Origin: Pseudomonadota bacterium
GTDB lineage: Bacteria > Pseudomonadota > Gammaproteobacteria > Steroidobacterales > Woeseiaceae
Reading direction: 5' to 3'
Assembly (NCBI GenBank): GCA_022563195.1
Contig: JADFNV010000006.1
Coordinates: 12,045-76,044 of the forward strand
Length of the DNA: 64,000 bases
How positions within the stretch are numbered: position 1 is the stretch's first letter; each line of letters starts with the position of its first letter. Position numbers and translations under genes: made by a program. The notes under the pieces were generated by a model, which saw only the letters and a list, made by a program, of their open reading frames with translations, made no database searches and had not been told where the DNA came from. Of the stretch, positions 55,351-64,000 are shown piece after piece.

Positions 55351-57011
55351 TGGAAAAAATCTGGCTCAAGTCGTATCCGGAGGGGGTCCCCGAAGAGCTG
55401 CCGCCGCCGCCTTATGGCTCTGTACGGGAAATGATCGAGAAAGCGTTTGAGTCGTATCCGGATCGACCGTCGTTCACCAATATGGGTACGACGTTGACAT
55501 ACGGACAGATCGACACCTTGTCGATGCAATTTGCGTGCTATTTGCAGCAGTCGCTTGGCCTCGTCCGCGGCGAGCGTGTTGCGATCATGCTGCCTAACAT
55601 TCTGCAGTTCCCGGTGGTAATGACCGGTATCTTTCGCGCCGGCCTGGTTGTCGTCAACGTGAATCCACTCTATACCGCTCGCGAGCTTGAACACCAGCTA
55701 AGTGATTCAGGTGCTAAGTGCATTGTCGTGCTCGAGAATTTTGCGCACATACTCGCAGAGGTCATCGACAAGACCGCTGTTGAGCACGTCGTCACTACCA
55801 GTGTCGGGGATCTGCTCAATTTTCCCAAGGGCCTGATTACGAACCTGGTGCTTCGATATTTAAGAAAGTCTGTACCGCATTTCAGCCTGCCCGGCAGCGT
55901 TGTGTTCAGGAATGCCCTCAATGCCGGTTCGAAGGAGGAGTTGACGCATGTTGAACTCGGCTTCGCCGATATCGCTTTTTTGCAATACACGGGTGGCACA
56001 ACGGGTGTTTCGAAAGGAGCGATGCTGAGCCATCGCAATATGGTCTGCAATGTTCAGCAAGTAATCATCTGGCAAGGCAATGCATACCTTGAGTTTGATT
56101 CGATCATCGCGATCACGGCGTTGCCGCTCTATCATATCTTCTCGCTGCAGGGAAATTGCCTCACCGTCATGGCACAGGGCGGTCTCAACGTATTGATCAC
56201 CAATCCGAGAGATTGTGTCGCGTTCGTCAAGGACATCGCCAAATTCAAGTTCAACATGCTTACCGGCGTGAATACCTTGTTTGCCGCGCTCATGAACACA
56301 CCCGGATTCAGCAACGTCGATTTCAGCGATCTGCGGGTCTGCATCGGTGGTGGCATGGCAGTGCAAGCTGCGGTGGCGAAGGAATGGAAGGCATTAACGA
56401 ACAACTCGATCCTGCAGGCCTACGGACTGACAGAAACGTCCCCGGCCGCAATCGTCAATCCGATTCCCAGCGAATTCACGGGCGCGATAGGCCTGCCTCT
56501 GCCATCGACCGATGTCACCATTTGTGACGATGATGGCAACGCGCTTGATACGGGCAGCATTGGTGAAATCTGCATCAGGGGGCCCCAGGTCATGGAAGGA
56601 TACTGGCAGCGGCCGGAAGAAACCGAGGAGGTCATGCTGCCTGGCGGTTGGTTGCGAACAGGTGACATCGGTCGTATGAATGATGACGGCTTCGTTTTTA
56701 TCGAGGATCGTAAAAAGGACATGATCCTCGTCTCGGGATTCAACGTGTATCCCAACGAAATTGAAAACGTGATCGTCGAAATGGATGGCATTCTCGAGGC
56801 GGCGGCAATTGGCGTACCCGATGATCACTCGGGCGAAGCAGTGAAAATTTTTGCGGTTCGCAAGCACGACGGAGTCAGCGAACAGGACGTAATCGACTAC
56901 TGCCGCGATAAACTGACAAACTACAAACGCCCGAAATCTGTCGAATTCCGCGACGACCTGCCGAAAACCAATATCGGCAAAATACTGCGCCGCGCACTGC
57001 GCGACGACTAA
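55350..57011 (+). CDS. fadD: Long-chain fatty acid-CoA ligase
   Basis: 553 aa with a GTG start that overlaps the tesA stop by 1 nt. The AMP-binding motif reads LQYTGGTTGVSKG and the C-terminal segment reads GKILRRALR. Confidence 0.9.
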   Translation: MEKIWLKSYPEGVPEELPPPPYGSVREMIEKAFESYPDRPSFTNMGTTLTYGQIDTLSMQFACYLQQSLGLVRGERVAIMLPNILQFPVVMTGIFRAGLVVVNVNPLYTARELEHQLSDSGAKCIVVLENFAHILAEVIDKTAVEHVVTTSVGDLLNFPKGLITNLVLRYLRKSVPHFSLPGSVVFRNALNAGSKEELTHVELGFADIAFLQYTGGTTGVSKGAMLSHRNMVCNVQQVIIWQGNAYLEFDSIIAITALPLYHIFSLQGNCLTVMAQGGLNVLITNPRDCVAFVKDIAKFKFNMLTGVNTLFAALMNTPGFSNVDFSDLRVCIGGGMAVQAAVAKEWKALTNNSILQAYGLTETSPAAIVNPIPSEFTGAIGLPLPSTDVTICDDDGNALDTGSIGEICIRGPQVMEGYWQRPEETEEVMLPGGWLRTGDIGRMNDDGFVFIEDRKKDMILVSGFNVYPNEIENVIVEMDGILEAAAIGVPDDHSGEAVKIFAVRKHDGVSEQDVIDYCRDKLTNYKRPKSVEFRDDLPKTNIGKILRRALRDD

Positions 57012-57020
57012 ACGGTGGGT

Positions 57021-57448
57021 GCACGGCCGGCAGTCCGGATGAATGCGTCGCAAGGGCACGACACCGGGTATTTGCTCGCGCTTAACCTCGCTCGGCGTCC
57101 TGCCTCACTCGCATCGGCCTGCGCTTGCTTGGGCGTCCTGCGTCGCAGCGCTACGGACGACGCGCGAGCAAACACACCGATACCGTGCCCCTGCTGAGTC
57201 TTGCGAGAAACTTCCCGCCCGCCGTTCCCACGAAGACCGGAGGGCGGCCACGATACGGTGGCTCGTCGAGCGTCGTCGAAGCCGAGCGGAGCAGGGACAG
57301 CGAGAGCGAGGATTCGCGGATTGGAGCGAGACAGGGATGTCGAAGCGACATTAAGCGAGAGGAGCTGCCGTGTTGGGGCCGCCATACAGACATCGCGGAA
57401 ATCGCCCGCATGTCTCGATCCCGCTTGACGGGAGCGGGCTCCTACAAG
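57021..57448 (+). repeat. Copy C of the REP-bounded intergenic element (core about 57052-57383)
   Basis: It aligns with copy A and with the reverse complement of copy B across the core. Its right flank holds hairpins and the REP GAGCGGGCTCCTACAAG (57432-57448), which overlaps the hemE stop. It lies between convergent fadD and hemE. Confidence 0.85.
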
Positions 57449-58509
57449 TGATACGCCGGGCTTAGCTCGTGCACCGCATCGACGAGCACGCCCAGGTGCT
57501 CGGGATCGACATCGGGTGTAATGCCGTGACCGAGATTGAAAACGTGTCCCGGGCCATCGCCGTAACTGGCGAGAACATCGGCAACGCCCTCGCGTATTGT
57601 CTCGGGTGATTCGAGCAATGTCGCCGGATCGAGATTTCCCTGCAACGCAACTTTGTCGGCAACATGCTTGCGGGCCGTTGCGAGATCTGTGGTCCAGTCA
57701 ACGCCGAGTGCATCGCAGTCGGTTTCAACCATGTCGGTGAGTAACGATCCCGCGCCCTTCGTAAACAGAATTACGGGAACACGACGGCCGTCGTTCTCGC
57801 GTGTGAGGCCGGCCACAATCTTTTGCATGCTCGCCAGTGAATAGCGACGATAGTCATCGCCGGCCAACGCAGCACCCCAGGTGTCAAACACCATAATGGC
57901 CTGCGCGCCCGCCGCAATCTGCCCATTCAGGTAGTCGATTGTCGTGTCGGTCACTGTGTCGAGCAGCAGTGTCATCGCCGCCGGATCGTCGGATATGAGT
58001 CCTTTGATCGTCGCGAAGTCGCGACTGGATTGCCCCTCTACCATGTAAGTCGCGACTGTCCAGGGGCTGCCGGCAAAGCCGATCAGCGGCACATCACCGT
58101 CAAGCTCGCACCTGACCGTCCGCATGGCATCGAAAACATAGCCGAGATCCGTTACAACGTCCGGTCGTTTGAGATTGCGAATGTCTACCAATGTTCTGAC
58201 CGGCCGCTCGAAGCGTGGGCCTTCGCCCGACTTAAAGTACAGGCCGAGCCCCATCGCATCGGGAACCGTCAGAATATCCGAGAATAAAATCGCCGCATCG
58301 AGCTTGAAGCGCCGCAATGGCTGTAGCGTCACTTCACAGGCGAGTTCAGGACTGCGACAGAGACTCATGAAGTCGCCGGCCAGCGCGCGCACCTCCCGGT
58401 ACTCCGGTAGATAACGTCCCGCCTGCCGCATGACCCAAACCGGCGTACGCGGAACAGGCTCGCGCAGCAGCGCTCGCAGTAATAAATCGTTCTTGAGCTC
58501 TGCCATCAA
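57442..58509 (-). CDS. hemE: Uroporphyrinogen decarboxylase
   Basis: 355 aa with [15 protein letters not shown]. Confidence 0.95.
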   Translation of the reverse strand: MMAELKNDLLLRALLREPVPRTPVWVMRQAGRYLPEYREVRALAGDFMSLCRSPELACEVTLQPLRRFKLDAAILFSDILTVPDAMGLGLYFKSGEGPRFERPVRTLVDIRNLKRPDVVTDLGYVFDAMRTVRCELDGDVPLIGFAGSPWTVATYMVEGQSSRDFATIKGLISDDPAAMTLLLDTVTDTTIDYLNGQIAAGAQAIMVFDTWGAALAGDDYRRYSLASMQKIVAGLTRENDGRRVPVILFTKGAGSLLTDMVETDCDALGVDWTTDLATARKHVADKVALQGNLDPATLLESPETIREGVADVLASYGDGPGHVFNLGHGITPDVDPEHLGVLVDAVHELSPAYHL

Positions 58510-59222
58510 GCTCCTGCCTGCGCGGCTATCGTCACCTGAATCGCTTCAGCTGCAGCGCGCGGACTATCTGCGTCACGAATCGGTCGGCCTACAACGATAT
58601 GATCGGCGCCGCTGGCGAATGCTTTTTCAACCGTCACAACACGTTTCTGGTCACCTTCTAGTTTGTTGTCAACCGGGCGAATACCGGGTGTCACAACGAG
58701 CAACTTCGAATCCAGATGCTCGCGGAGCATCGCGACCTCAAGCCCTGACGAGATGACACCATCGCAGCCAGCTTCGAGCGCCCGGCGCGCACGCGACAGC
58801 ACCAGCGCTTCGACATCACAATCGAATCCCAGGTCATCCAGGTCCCCGCGATCCAGGCTCGTTAACACCGTAACGCCGAGCACCTTCAGTGAATCACCCT
58901 TGTTCTCCGCGGCCGCCTGCATGATTGACTGATTGCCATGCACGGTCACATAAGTCGCACCCCGATCTTTGAGCTGTCGCACCGCGGAACCGACCGTTGC
59001 GGGAATATCGAAGAATTTCAGGTCACAAAAAACTTTCTTTTGCCTGGCGAGCAACCATTCAAGCAAATCGAAGTAGCCGCCGCTCATCATCAGCTCAAGA
59101 CCAATCTTGTAAAACGTGATGGCGTCACCGAGTTCCACAGCAAGCTCACGCGCCCGATCACAATCAGATACGTCCATTGCGAATATCAGTCGGTCCTGCG
59201 ATGGAATGGACTTGTCGCTCAC
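58506..59222 (-). CDS. pyrF: Orotidine 5'-phosphate decarboxylase
   Basis: 238 aa with [11 protein letters not shown] and a catalytic Lys/Asp context. Confidence 0.95.
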   Translation of the reverse strand: MSDKSIPSQDRLIFAMDVSDCDRARELAVELGDAITFYKIGLELMMSGGYFDLLEWLLARQKKVFCDLKFFDIPATVGSAVRQLKDRGATYVTVHGNQSIMQAAAENKGDSLKVLGVTVLTSLDRGDLDDLGFDCDVEALVLSRARRALEAGCDGVISSGLEVAMLREHLDSKLLVVTPGIRPVDNKLEGDQKRVVTVEKAFASGADHIVVGRPIRDADSPRAAAEAIQVTIAAQAGA

Positions 59223-59273
59223 CGTTCGGCCTCTCGCTTGATGCGCCGGACCACGTGCCGGCGGCGCATTCTA

Positions 59274-60407
59274 TCAGGCCATGATGCGTTCGTGTTCGGC
59301 AATCGCGTAGCGGTCCGTCATTCCAGCGATGTAATCAGCAACAATGCGGGCGCGGCCTGATTCATCCTTGTTCACCGTGGCCTGAGAATATTGCAATGGC
59401 ATGCGCTTTACATCTTCCATATACGCGGCGAACAAGTCGGAAATCATTGCCTGCACGCGCCTGGTCATTGCGAGCTTTTGCTCATGACGATAGAGATATT
59501 CGTTAAGAAACCGCTTCAAAGAAACATGCTGTTCATGGATATTTTCCGACATGACTACGAGCGTCTCGCCAAATTTACGTACATCGTCGATGGACTGCGG
59601 CGCTGCGGCATCGATGGCGCGTCGCGTGTTGTCGATGAGGTCCGTGACTACGGTATTGATCATGCGACGAATAATCTCGTAAATTAACCGTCGATCCTCG
59701 AGATCTGGATAACGTTCGTGCACCTCAATGTATTGCGATTCGAAAAGCGGCTGTTCCCGCAACTGCTCGAGGCTCAGCAGGCCTGCGCGAAAACCATCGT
59801 CGACATCATGATTGTTGTACGCGATCGCATCGGCGAGGTTGGCAATTTGTGCCTCGAGCCCGGGTTGTTGCCGTTTCAGAAACCGCTCCCCGACATCACC
59901 GAGTAACCTGGCGTTGCGCGCCGAACAATGCTTGAGAATCCCCTCGCGCGTCTCAAATGTCAGATTGAGGCCGGGAAAGTCCGCATACTTCGACTCGAGT
60001 TCATCGACCACACGCAGTGACTGCAGGTTGTGCTCGAATCCTCCGTAGTCACGCATGCAGGTGTTTAAGGTGTCTTGCCCGGCGTGTCCGAATGGCGTAT
60101 GTCCGATATCGTGCGCCAGGCAGATCGCTTCCGTGAGCGGCTCACTAAGCCGCAATGCCACGGCTATCGTTCGCGCAATCTGCGCCACCTCCAGAGAATG
60201 TGTCATCCGCGTGCGGTAGAGATCGCCTTCGTGATTGACGAAAACCTGGGTCTTGTAAACCAGACGACGAAATCCCGTCGAGTGAATGATGCGATCGCGA
60301 TCCCGATGAAACTCGCTTCGATAACTCGCTTTTTCTTCCTCGTAGCGCCTGCCCCGGCTTCGCAGTTCGTCGGCCGCGTAAGAAGCAAGTGACACGGTCT
60401 GCATCAA
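59274..60407 (-). CDS. dGTPase-like HD-domain triphosphohydrolase
   Basis: 377 aa with the HD motif THSLEVAQIAR...LAHDIGHTPFGH. Confidence 0.9.
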   Translation of the reverse strand: MMQTVSLASYAADELRSRGRRYEEEKASYRSEFHRDRDRIIHSTGFRRLVYKTQVFVNHEGDLYRTRMTHSLEVAQIARTIAVALRLSEPLTEAICLAHDIGHTPFGHAGQDTLNTCMRDYGGFEHNLQSLRVVDELESKYADFPGLNLTFETREGILKHCSARNARLLGDVGERFLKRQQPGLEAQIANLADAIAYNNHDVDDGFRAGLLSLEQLREQPLFESQYIEVHERYPDLEDRRLIYEIIRRMINTVVTDLIDNTRRAIDAAAPQSIDDVRKFGETLVVMSENIHEQHVSLKRFLNEYLYRHEQKLAMTRRVQAMISDLFAAYMEDVKRMPLQYSQATVNKDESGRARIVADYIAGMTDRYAIAEHERIMA

Positions 60408-61474
60408 CCGGCCGACTTCAGTATCTGGTCCAGCATCTCCTCATCGTAACTCGATGTTACGAATGCCGAACCCAATTCATTAATCAGTACGAAGCGCAGC
60501 TGTTTGTTGGTCACTTTTTTATCCCTGCTCATGGCAGCTAGGAATTTTTCTGGGTCTATTTGCGGCGGGGCGACCGGCAGCCCGGCCTGTTGGATTAATG
60601 TGCGCAGGCGGTCTTCGTCATCCGTAGCGACCCTGCTCAGCGCGGTGGCCATCACCATGCCGGCCGCCACCGCCTCGCCATGCAACCATTCTCCGTAGCC
60701 CTCGCAGTATTCGATTGCATGACCGAAAGTGTGGCCAAAATTTAATATTGCACGTCGACCTGCCTCGCGTTCGTCTTCACTGACAATTTCCGCCTTGATT
60801 TCGCATGAGCGATAAATTGCCCTTGCGAGCGCCTCCGTTTCACGGCCAATCAAGGCCTCGATGTTGTCCTCCAGCCACGCGAAGAATTCAGCATCGGCAA
60901 TCGCCCCATACTTGATGACCTCTGCCAGGCCCGCCTTAAGCTCACGATCCGGAAGATGCTCGAGCGTATCGGTATCGATCAGCACAATCTGCGGCTGGTG
61001 AAATGCGCCAATCAGATTCTTTCCCTTCGCGTGATTGACGCCGGTCTTGCCACCGACCGAGGAGTCGACTTGTGCAAGCAGCGTTGTCGGTACTTGAATG
61101 AAGTTGATGCCGCGCATGTAACACGCCGCGGCAAAACCGGCGATGTCACCGACGACGCCACCGCCTAGCGCAATAAGCGTTGCATCCCTGTTGGCGCCGT
61201 CACTAACGAGCTGGTCGAGAATTGATTCGACGGTTGCTATTGTCTTGAACTCTTCGCCATCAGGCAGGCAAATCGATTCGACGTTTTTACCCGCAAGATT
61301 CACGATCACTGCATCAAGAAACAGCGGTGCGACTGTTTCATTAGTGACGATGAGGCAGTCGCTGCCCGAAACGTATTCGGCCAGGTTAAATTCGCCGCCT
61401 AATAGCCCGCTACCGATGACGATCGGATAGCTTCGCTCGCCGAGCTCGACGGTAATTGTGCGGGTCACTGACAT
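60404..61474 (-). CDS. aroB: 3-dehydroquinate synthase
   Basis: 356 aa with GGGVVGDIAGFAAA and the metal ligands HTFGHAIE...HGEAV. Confidence 0.95.
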   Translation of the reverse strand: MSVTRTITVELGERSYPIVIGSGLLGGEFNLAEYVSGSDCLIVTNETVAPLFLDAVIVNLAGKNVESICLPDGEEFKTIATVESILDQLVSDGANRDATLIALGGGVVGDIAGFAAACYMRGINFIQVPTTLLAQVDSSVGGKTGVNHAKGKNLIGAFHQPQIVLIDTDTLEHLPDRELKAGLAEVIKYGAIADAEFFAWLEDNIEALIGRETEALARAIYRSCEIKAEIVSEDEREAGRRAILNFGHTFGHAIEYCEGYGEWLHGEAVAAGMVMATALSRVATDDEDRLRTLIQQAGLPVAPPQIDPEKFLAAMSRDKKVTNKQLRFVLINELGSAFVTSSYDEEMLDQILKSAG

Positions 61475-61487
61475 GCACGATAGATTA

Positions 61488-61622
61488 CCCTGTAGGAGCG
61501 GGCCGTACTATAAGTGCGCCGAAGTAATCGCCTAGCCGCAGTGGTGCTACCAGGACCCCGCGATATCCACAATGTGCGGGGCATCGCCCGCATGGCGGGC
61601 TCCTACAGTGGGCTCCTACAGG
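61488..61622. repeat. Inverted REP pair: CCCTGTAGGAGCGGGCC (61488-61504) facing a tandem doublet GCGGGCTCCTACAGT-GGGCTCCTACAGG (61595-61622)
   Basis: Read directly from the sequence. The 90-nt spacer holds the hairpins CCCCGC...GCGGGG and GCCCGC-ATG-GCGGGC. The string ATCGCCCGCATG is shared with the right flank of copy C. Confidence 0.8.
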
Positions 61623-61657
61623 CAATCACGCGCGCGAAGCGGCGCGTGCACTGCGGA

Positions 61658-62167
61658 TCAGAGCCTTTCTAATATCTCGTTGGCGACGGCTTTGACTTTG
61701 CGGCCGTCCGTCTCGACGGTCAGGTCGGCAATCTCACGATACAGTGGATCACGTATGGCCATTAGCTCATTGAGAATTTGTTCGCGATTACCGTTCTCGA
61801 GCAACGGTCTCTCGCGACCTCTTTGCGTTCGAGCGAGTTGTTGCTCCACGGTTGTGTACAGATATATAACGAACCCGCGAGCGCCCAGGTGACTGCGGGT
61901 TTGGGGATCGACGACGGCCCCGCCGCCGGTTGCGAGAATAATGCCGTCCATGGCCGATAGATCGTCTATGGCTTTAGCTTCGCGCTTACGAAATCCATCT
62001 TCGCCTTCCTTCTCGAAGATGAACGAGATATCGACGCCTGTCCGCGACTCGATCTCGTCATCGCTGTCGACGAATGATAAGTGCAGCATGCGCGCAAGCT
62101 GCCGGCCGACGGCCGACTTGCCGGCGCCCATCGGGCCAATCAGAAAAAGGTTCTGCGGATGTTTCAT
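61658..62167 (-). CDS. aroK: Shikimate kinase
   Basis: It starts at the ATG at 62167 (MKHPQNLFLIGPMGAGKSAVGRQLA) and has a P-loop. The ORF-track start at 62260 adds 31 non-homologous residues. Confidence 0.95.
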   Translation of the reverse strand: MKHPQNLFLIGPMGAGKSAVGRQLARMLHLSFVDSDDEIESRTGVDISFIFEKEGEDGFRKREAKAIDDLSAMDGIILATGGGAVVDPQTRSHLGARGFVIYLYTTVEQQLARTQRGRERPLLENGNREQILNELMAIRDPLYREIADLTVETDGRKVKAVANEILERL

Positions 62168-62325
62168 TTCGAGGACAGTTTGATTAATTGCAACAATTGG
62201 AAATCCTGTGCGTAAAGTCGGGGGAATTAAGCAATCTATCCCCAAATATGAGAAAGCCAACCCGAAGGTTGGCTTTCGTCCTCGGAAATTTAAGACATAT
62301 ACCCAGGGTAAAGTCCCTTGTTTCC

Positions 62326-64000
62326 TTAGTAAATGTTCGTACTCTGTTCAAGAATTCGCGGTGTCACAAATATCAGGAGTTCGGCCTTATTGTGGACAAC
62401 TTTCTTGCTGCGAAACAGAAAGCCGACCGCGGGAATATCGCCGAGCAGTGGCACCTTGCTGATAGTCTCGCGGCGTTCCGTTTCGTAGATGCCACCCAGC
62501 ACTACCGTTTGTCCGTCCGCAACGAGCACCTGCGTCTCAATAGATCGGGTATCGATACTCGGTACCGTACCACCGAGTCCGCCCGTCGAAATGATCTGAC
62601 CGACGCTGTCTTTGTGAACCTTGAGATCCATGATGATGTTGTTATCCGGCGTAATCTGCGGCGTAACGGTCAAGCTCAGTACCGCTTTCTTGAACTGAAC
62701 CGTCGTAGCTCCGGAAGACGATGCCTGTTGATAGGGTATTTCAACGCCTTGCTCGATACGAGCTTCCTTCTGGTTAGCCGTGATAACTCGCGGCGTCGAG
62801 ATGATTTCGCCCCGACCCTCGGCTTCAAGCGCCGTCAATTCGAGGTCAACCAGAAATTCTGATTCGAGCACCGCCAGCGAGAATCGACCCGCCGCATCCG
62901 AGATCGGTACATTGACGTTGTAACGATTACTAAGGCTCGGCAAATTGATCGGGTAAATTGTGCCATTGGCCGGGTCTTGGAGGTTACTGAGTACCGAACC
63001 AATCATGGTGTCCGTGCCAATACCGGTGCCCGAAATAACGGTCACTCCGTCACTACTATTCTCGTTAAATGCCGTCACACCAAAGCGAACGCCCAGATCG
63101 CGGCTGAAATCGTCATTCACAACAACGATACGGGACTCAATCAATACCTGTTTGATTGGAACATCCAGCGTCCGCACCATGCGTCGAATATCCTTCAGGC
63201 TCTCCGCCGTGTCTTGTATAAGCAGTGTATTCGTGCGCTCATCCACCGCGATCGAGCCGCGGTCCGACAGCATCGCGTTACTGCTGGAGCCGGCGCCACT
63301 GATCAGCGCGGAGAGGTTTCCAGCCTTGGCATAATTCACTTGCAGGAATTCAGAATACAGCGGCTCGAGTTCACTTATCATCTGCTGTGCTTCAAGGTCA
63401 GCTGTTTCGCGTGCGGCGATTTCCTCGGCCGGAGCGACAATGATGACATTGCCGTTCTGGCGCATATCCAGCCCTTTCGTGGTCATAACGATATCGAGAG
63501 CCTGATCCCACGGAACATTTCTGAGCCGCAGAGTTACATTGCCCTGCACCGTATCGGACACTACGATATTTCGGCCTGATGTCTCGGCCAGCAGCTGCAG
63601 CACAGCGCGCGTTTCGATGTCCTGGAAGTTCAGCGTCAGACGTTGACCTTCATATTCTTTGGTTTCCGAGAACAGGCTCGAACCCTCTGCCAGCTCTGCG
63701 GCCACTGGATTGATCTCGATCGTGAATTCATTGTCCGACTGATAGGCAAGCTGCTCATACTTTCCTTCTGCGGAGATTATGATCCGTGTATCGCGATTTG
63801 TCCGCAGCGAATCGACTGTCGTGACAGGTGTCGCAAAGTCCATGACATCGAGTCGACGCATTAACTCGGCCGGCAAGTGCGTATTCTTGAAAACTGCAAC
63901 TACGCGACCGCCTTCCTGGCGAATATCGACTGGCGTCGACGGGTCCGACAGGATTACGACGATGCGACCACCTCCATCTCTTGTACGACGGAAATCAATG
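62326..64000 (-). CDS. pilQ: Type IV pilus secretin PilQ, 5'-partial (continues beyond the window)
   Basis: The frame stays open upstream of the ORF-track TTG to position 64000 (IDFRRTRDGGGRIVVILSDPSTPVDIRQEGGRVVAVFKNTHLPAELMRRLDV, AMIN-domain-like). The secretin C-domain has VPLLGDIPAVGFLFR. The pilQ-aroK-aroB synteny supports the call. Confidence 0.9.
   Translation of the reverse strand, partial: IDFRRTRDGGGRIVVILSDPSTPVDIRQEGGRVVAVFKNTHLPAELMRRLDVMDFATPVTTVDSLRTNRDTRIIISAEGKYEQLAYQSDNEFTIEINPVAAELAEGSSLFSETKEYEGQRLTLNFQDIETRAVLQLLAETSGRNIVVSDTVQGNVTLRLRNVPWDQALDIVMTTKGLDMRQNGNVIIVAPAEEIAARETADLEAQQMISELEPLYSEFLQVNYAKAGNLSALISGAGSSSNAMLSDRGSIAVDERTNTLLIQDTAESLKDIRRMVRTLDVPIKQVLIESRIVVVNDDFSRDLGVRFGVTAFNENSSDGVTVISGTGIGTDTMIGSVLSNLQDPANGTIYPINLPSLSNRYNVNVPISDAAGRFSLAVLESEFLVDLELTALEAEGRGEIISTPRVITANQKEARIEQGVEIPYQQASSSGATTVQFKKAVLSLTVTPQITPDNNIIMDLKVHKDSVGQIISTGGLGGTVPSIDTRSIETQVLVADGQTVVLGGIYETERRETISKVPLLGDIPAVGFLFRSKKVVHNKAELLIFVTPRILEQSTNIY

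Overview
This 64-kb chromosomal window looks gammaproteobacterial and is visibly GC-rich. The evidence for that placement is synteny: pilQ-aroK-aroB, yggX-mutY, tesA/ybbA-ybbP and a whole-pathway trp operon. No genus can be assigned from the sequence alone.

(1) Positions 1-7814 are the right-hand end of a genomic island anchored at tRNA-Phe(GAA). It contains a tyrosine integrase next to the tRNA 3' end, an AlpA/excisionase-like ORF and a second tyrosine recombinase. It then has a 760-bp repeat-rich non-coding stretch, an AbiE-like pair (wHTH protein plus nucleotidyltransferase), and a type I R-M hsdM-hsdS pair. hsdS runs off the window and is missing from the ORF track.

(2) Positions 8623-22028 are a respiratory supercluster. 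Alternative Complex III (actA, split actB1/actB2, actC-F) lies on the minus strand. It is divergent from a soluble dihaem cytochrome c and a caa3-type oxidase (CoxB with a fused dihaem domain, CoxA, two subunit-III paralogues, subunit IV). An orphan CoxB transmembrane fragment follows.

(3) The remainder is housekeeping. It includes ald/lrp, an EgtD-like methyltransferase, ppk2, yggX-mutY, an AsmA/DUF4097/anti-sigma/ECF-sigma block and a GGDEF-EAL protein. It also includes trpEGDCFBA plus a coupled eighth gene with a Trp-codon leader and attenuator, an SLC13 permease, an uncharacterised 469-aa protein, yajQ, ppc, a nitroreductase, ycgN and a NUDIX gene. The last stretch holds ybbA-ybbP, tesA, fadD, hemE, pyrF, a dGTPase-like gene, aroB, aroK and pilQ (5'-partial).

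(4) The most unusual layer is non-genic. A REP-like motif (CCTGTAGGAGCCCGC and variants) occurs at least 8 times and supplies the Leu-stop codons of four minus-strand genes. Three copies of a 400-460-bp intergenic element, bounded by that motif, share a core of about 325 bp. No CRISPR array, rRNA or transposase was seen. All similarity statements come from reading motifs by eye; no database search was run.
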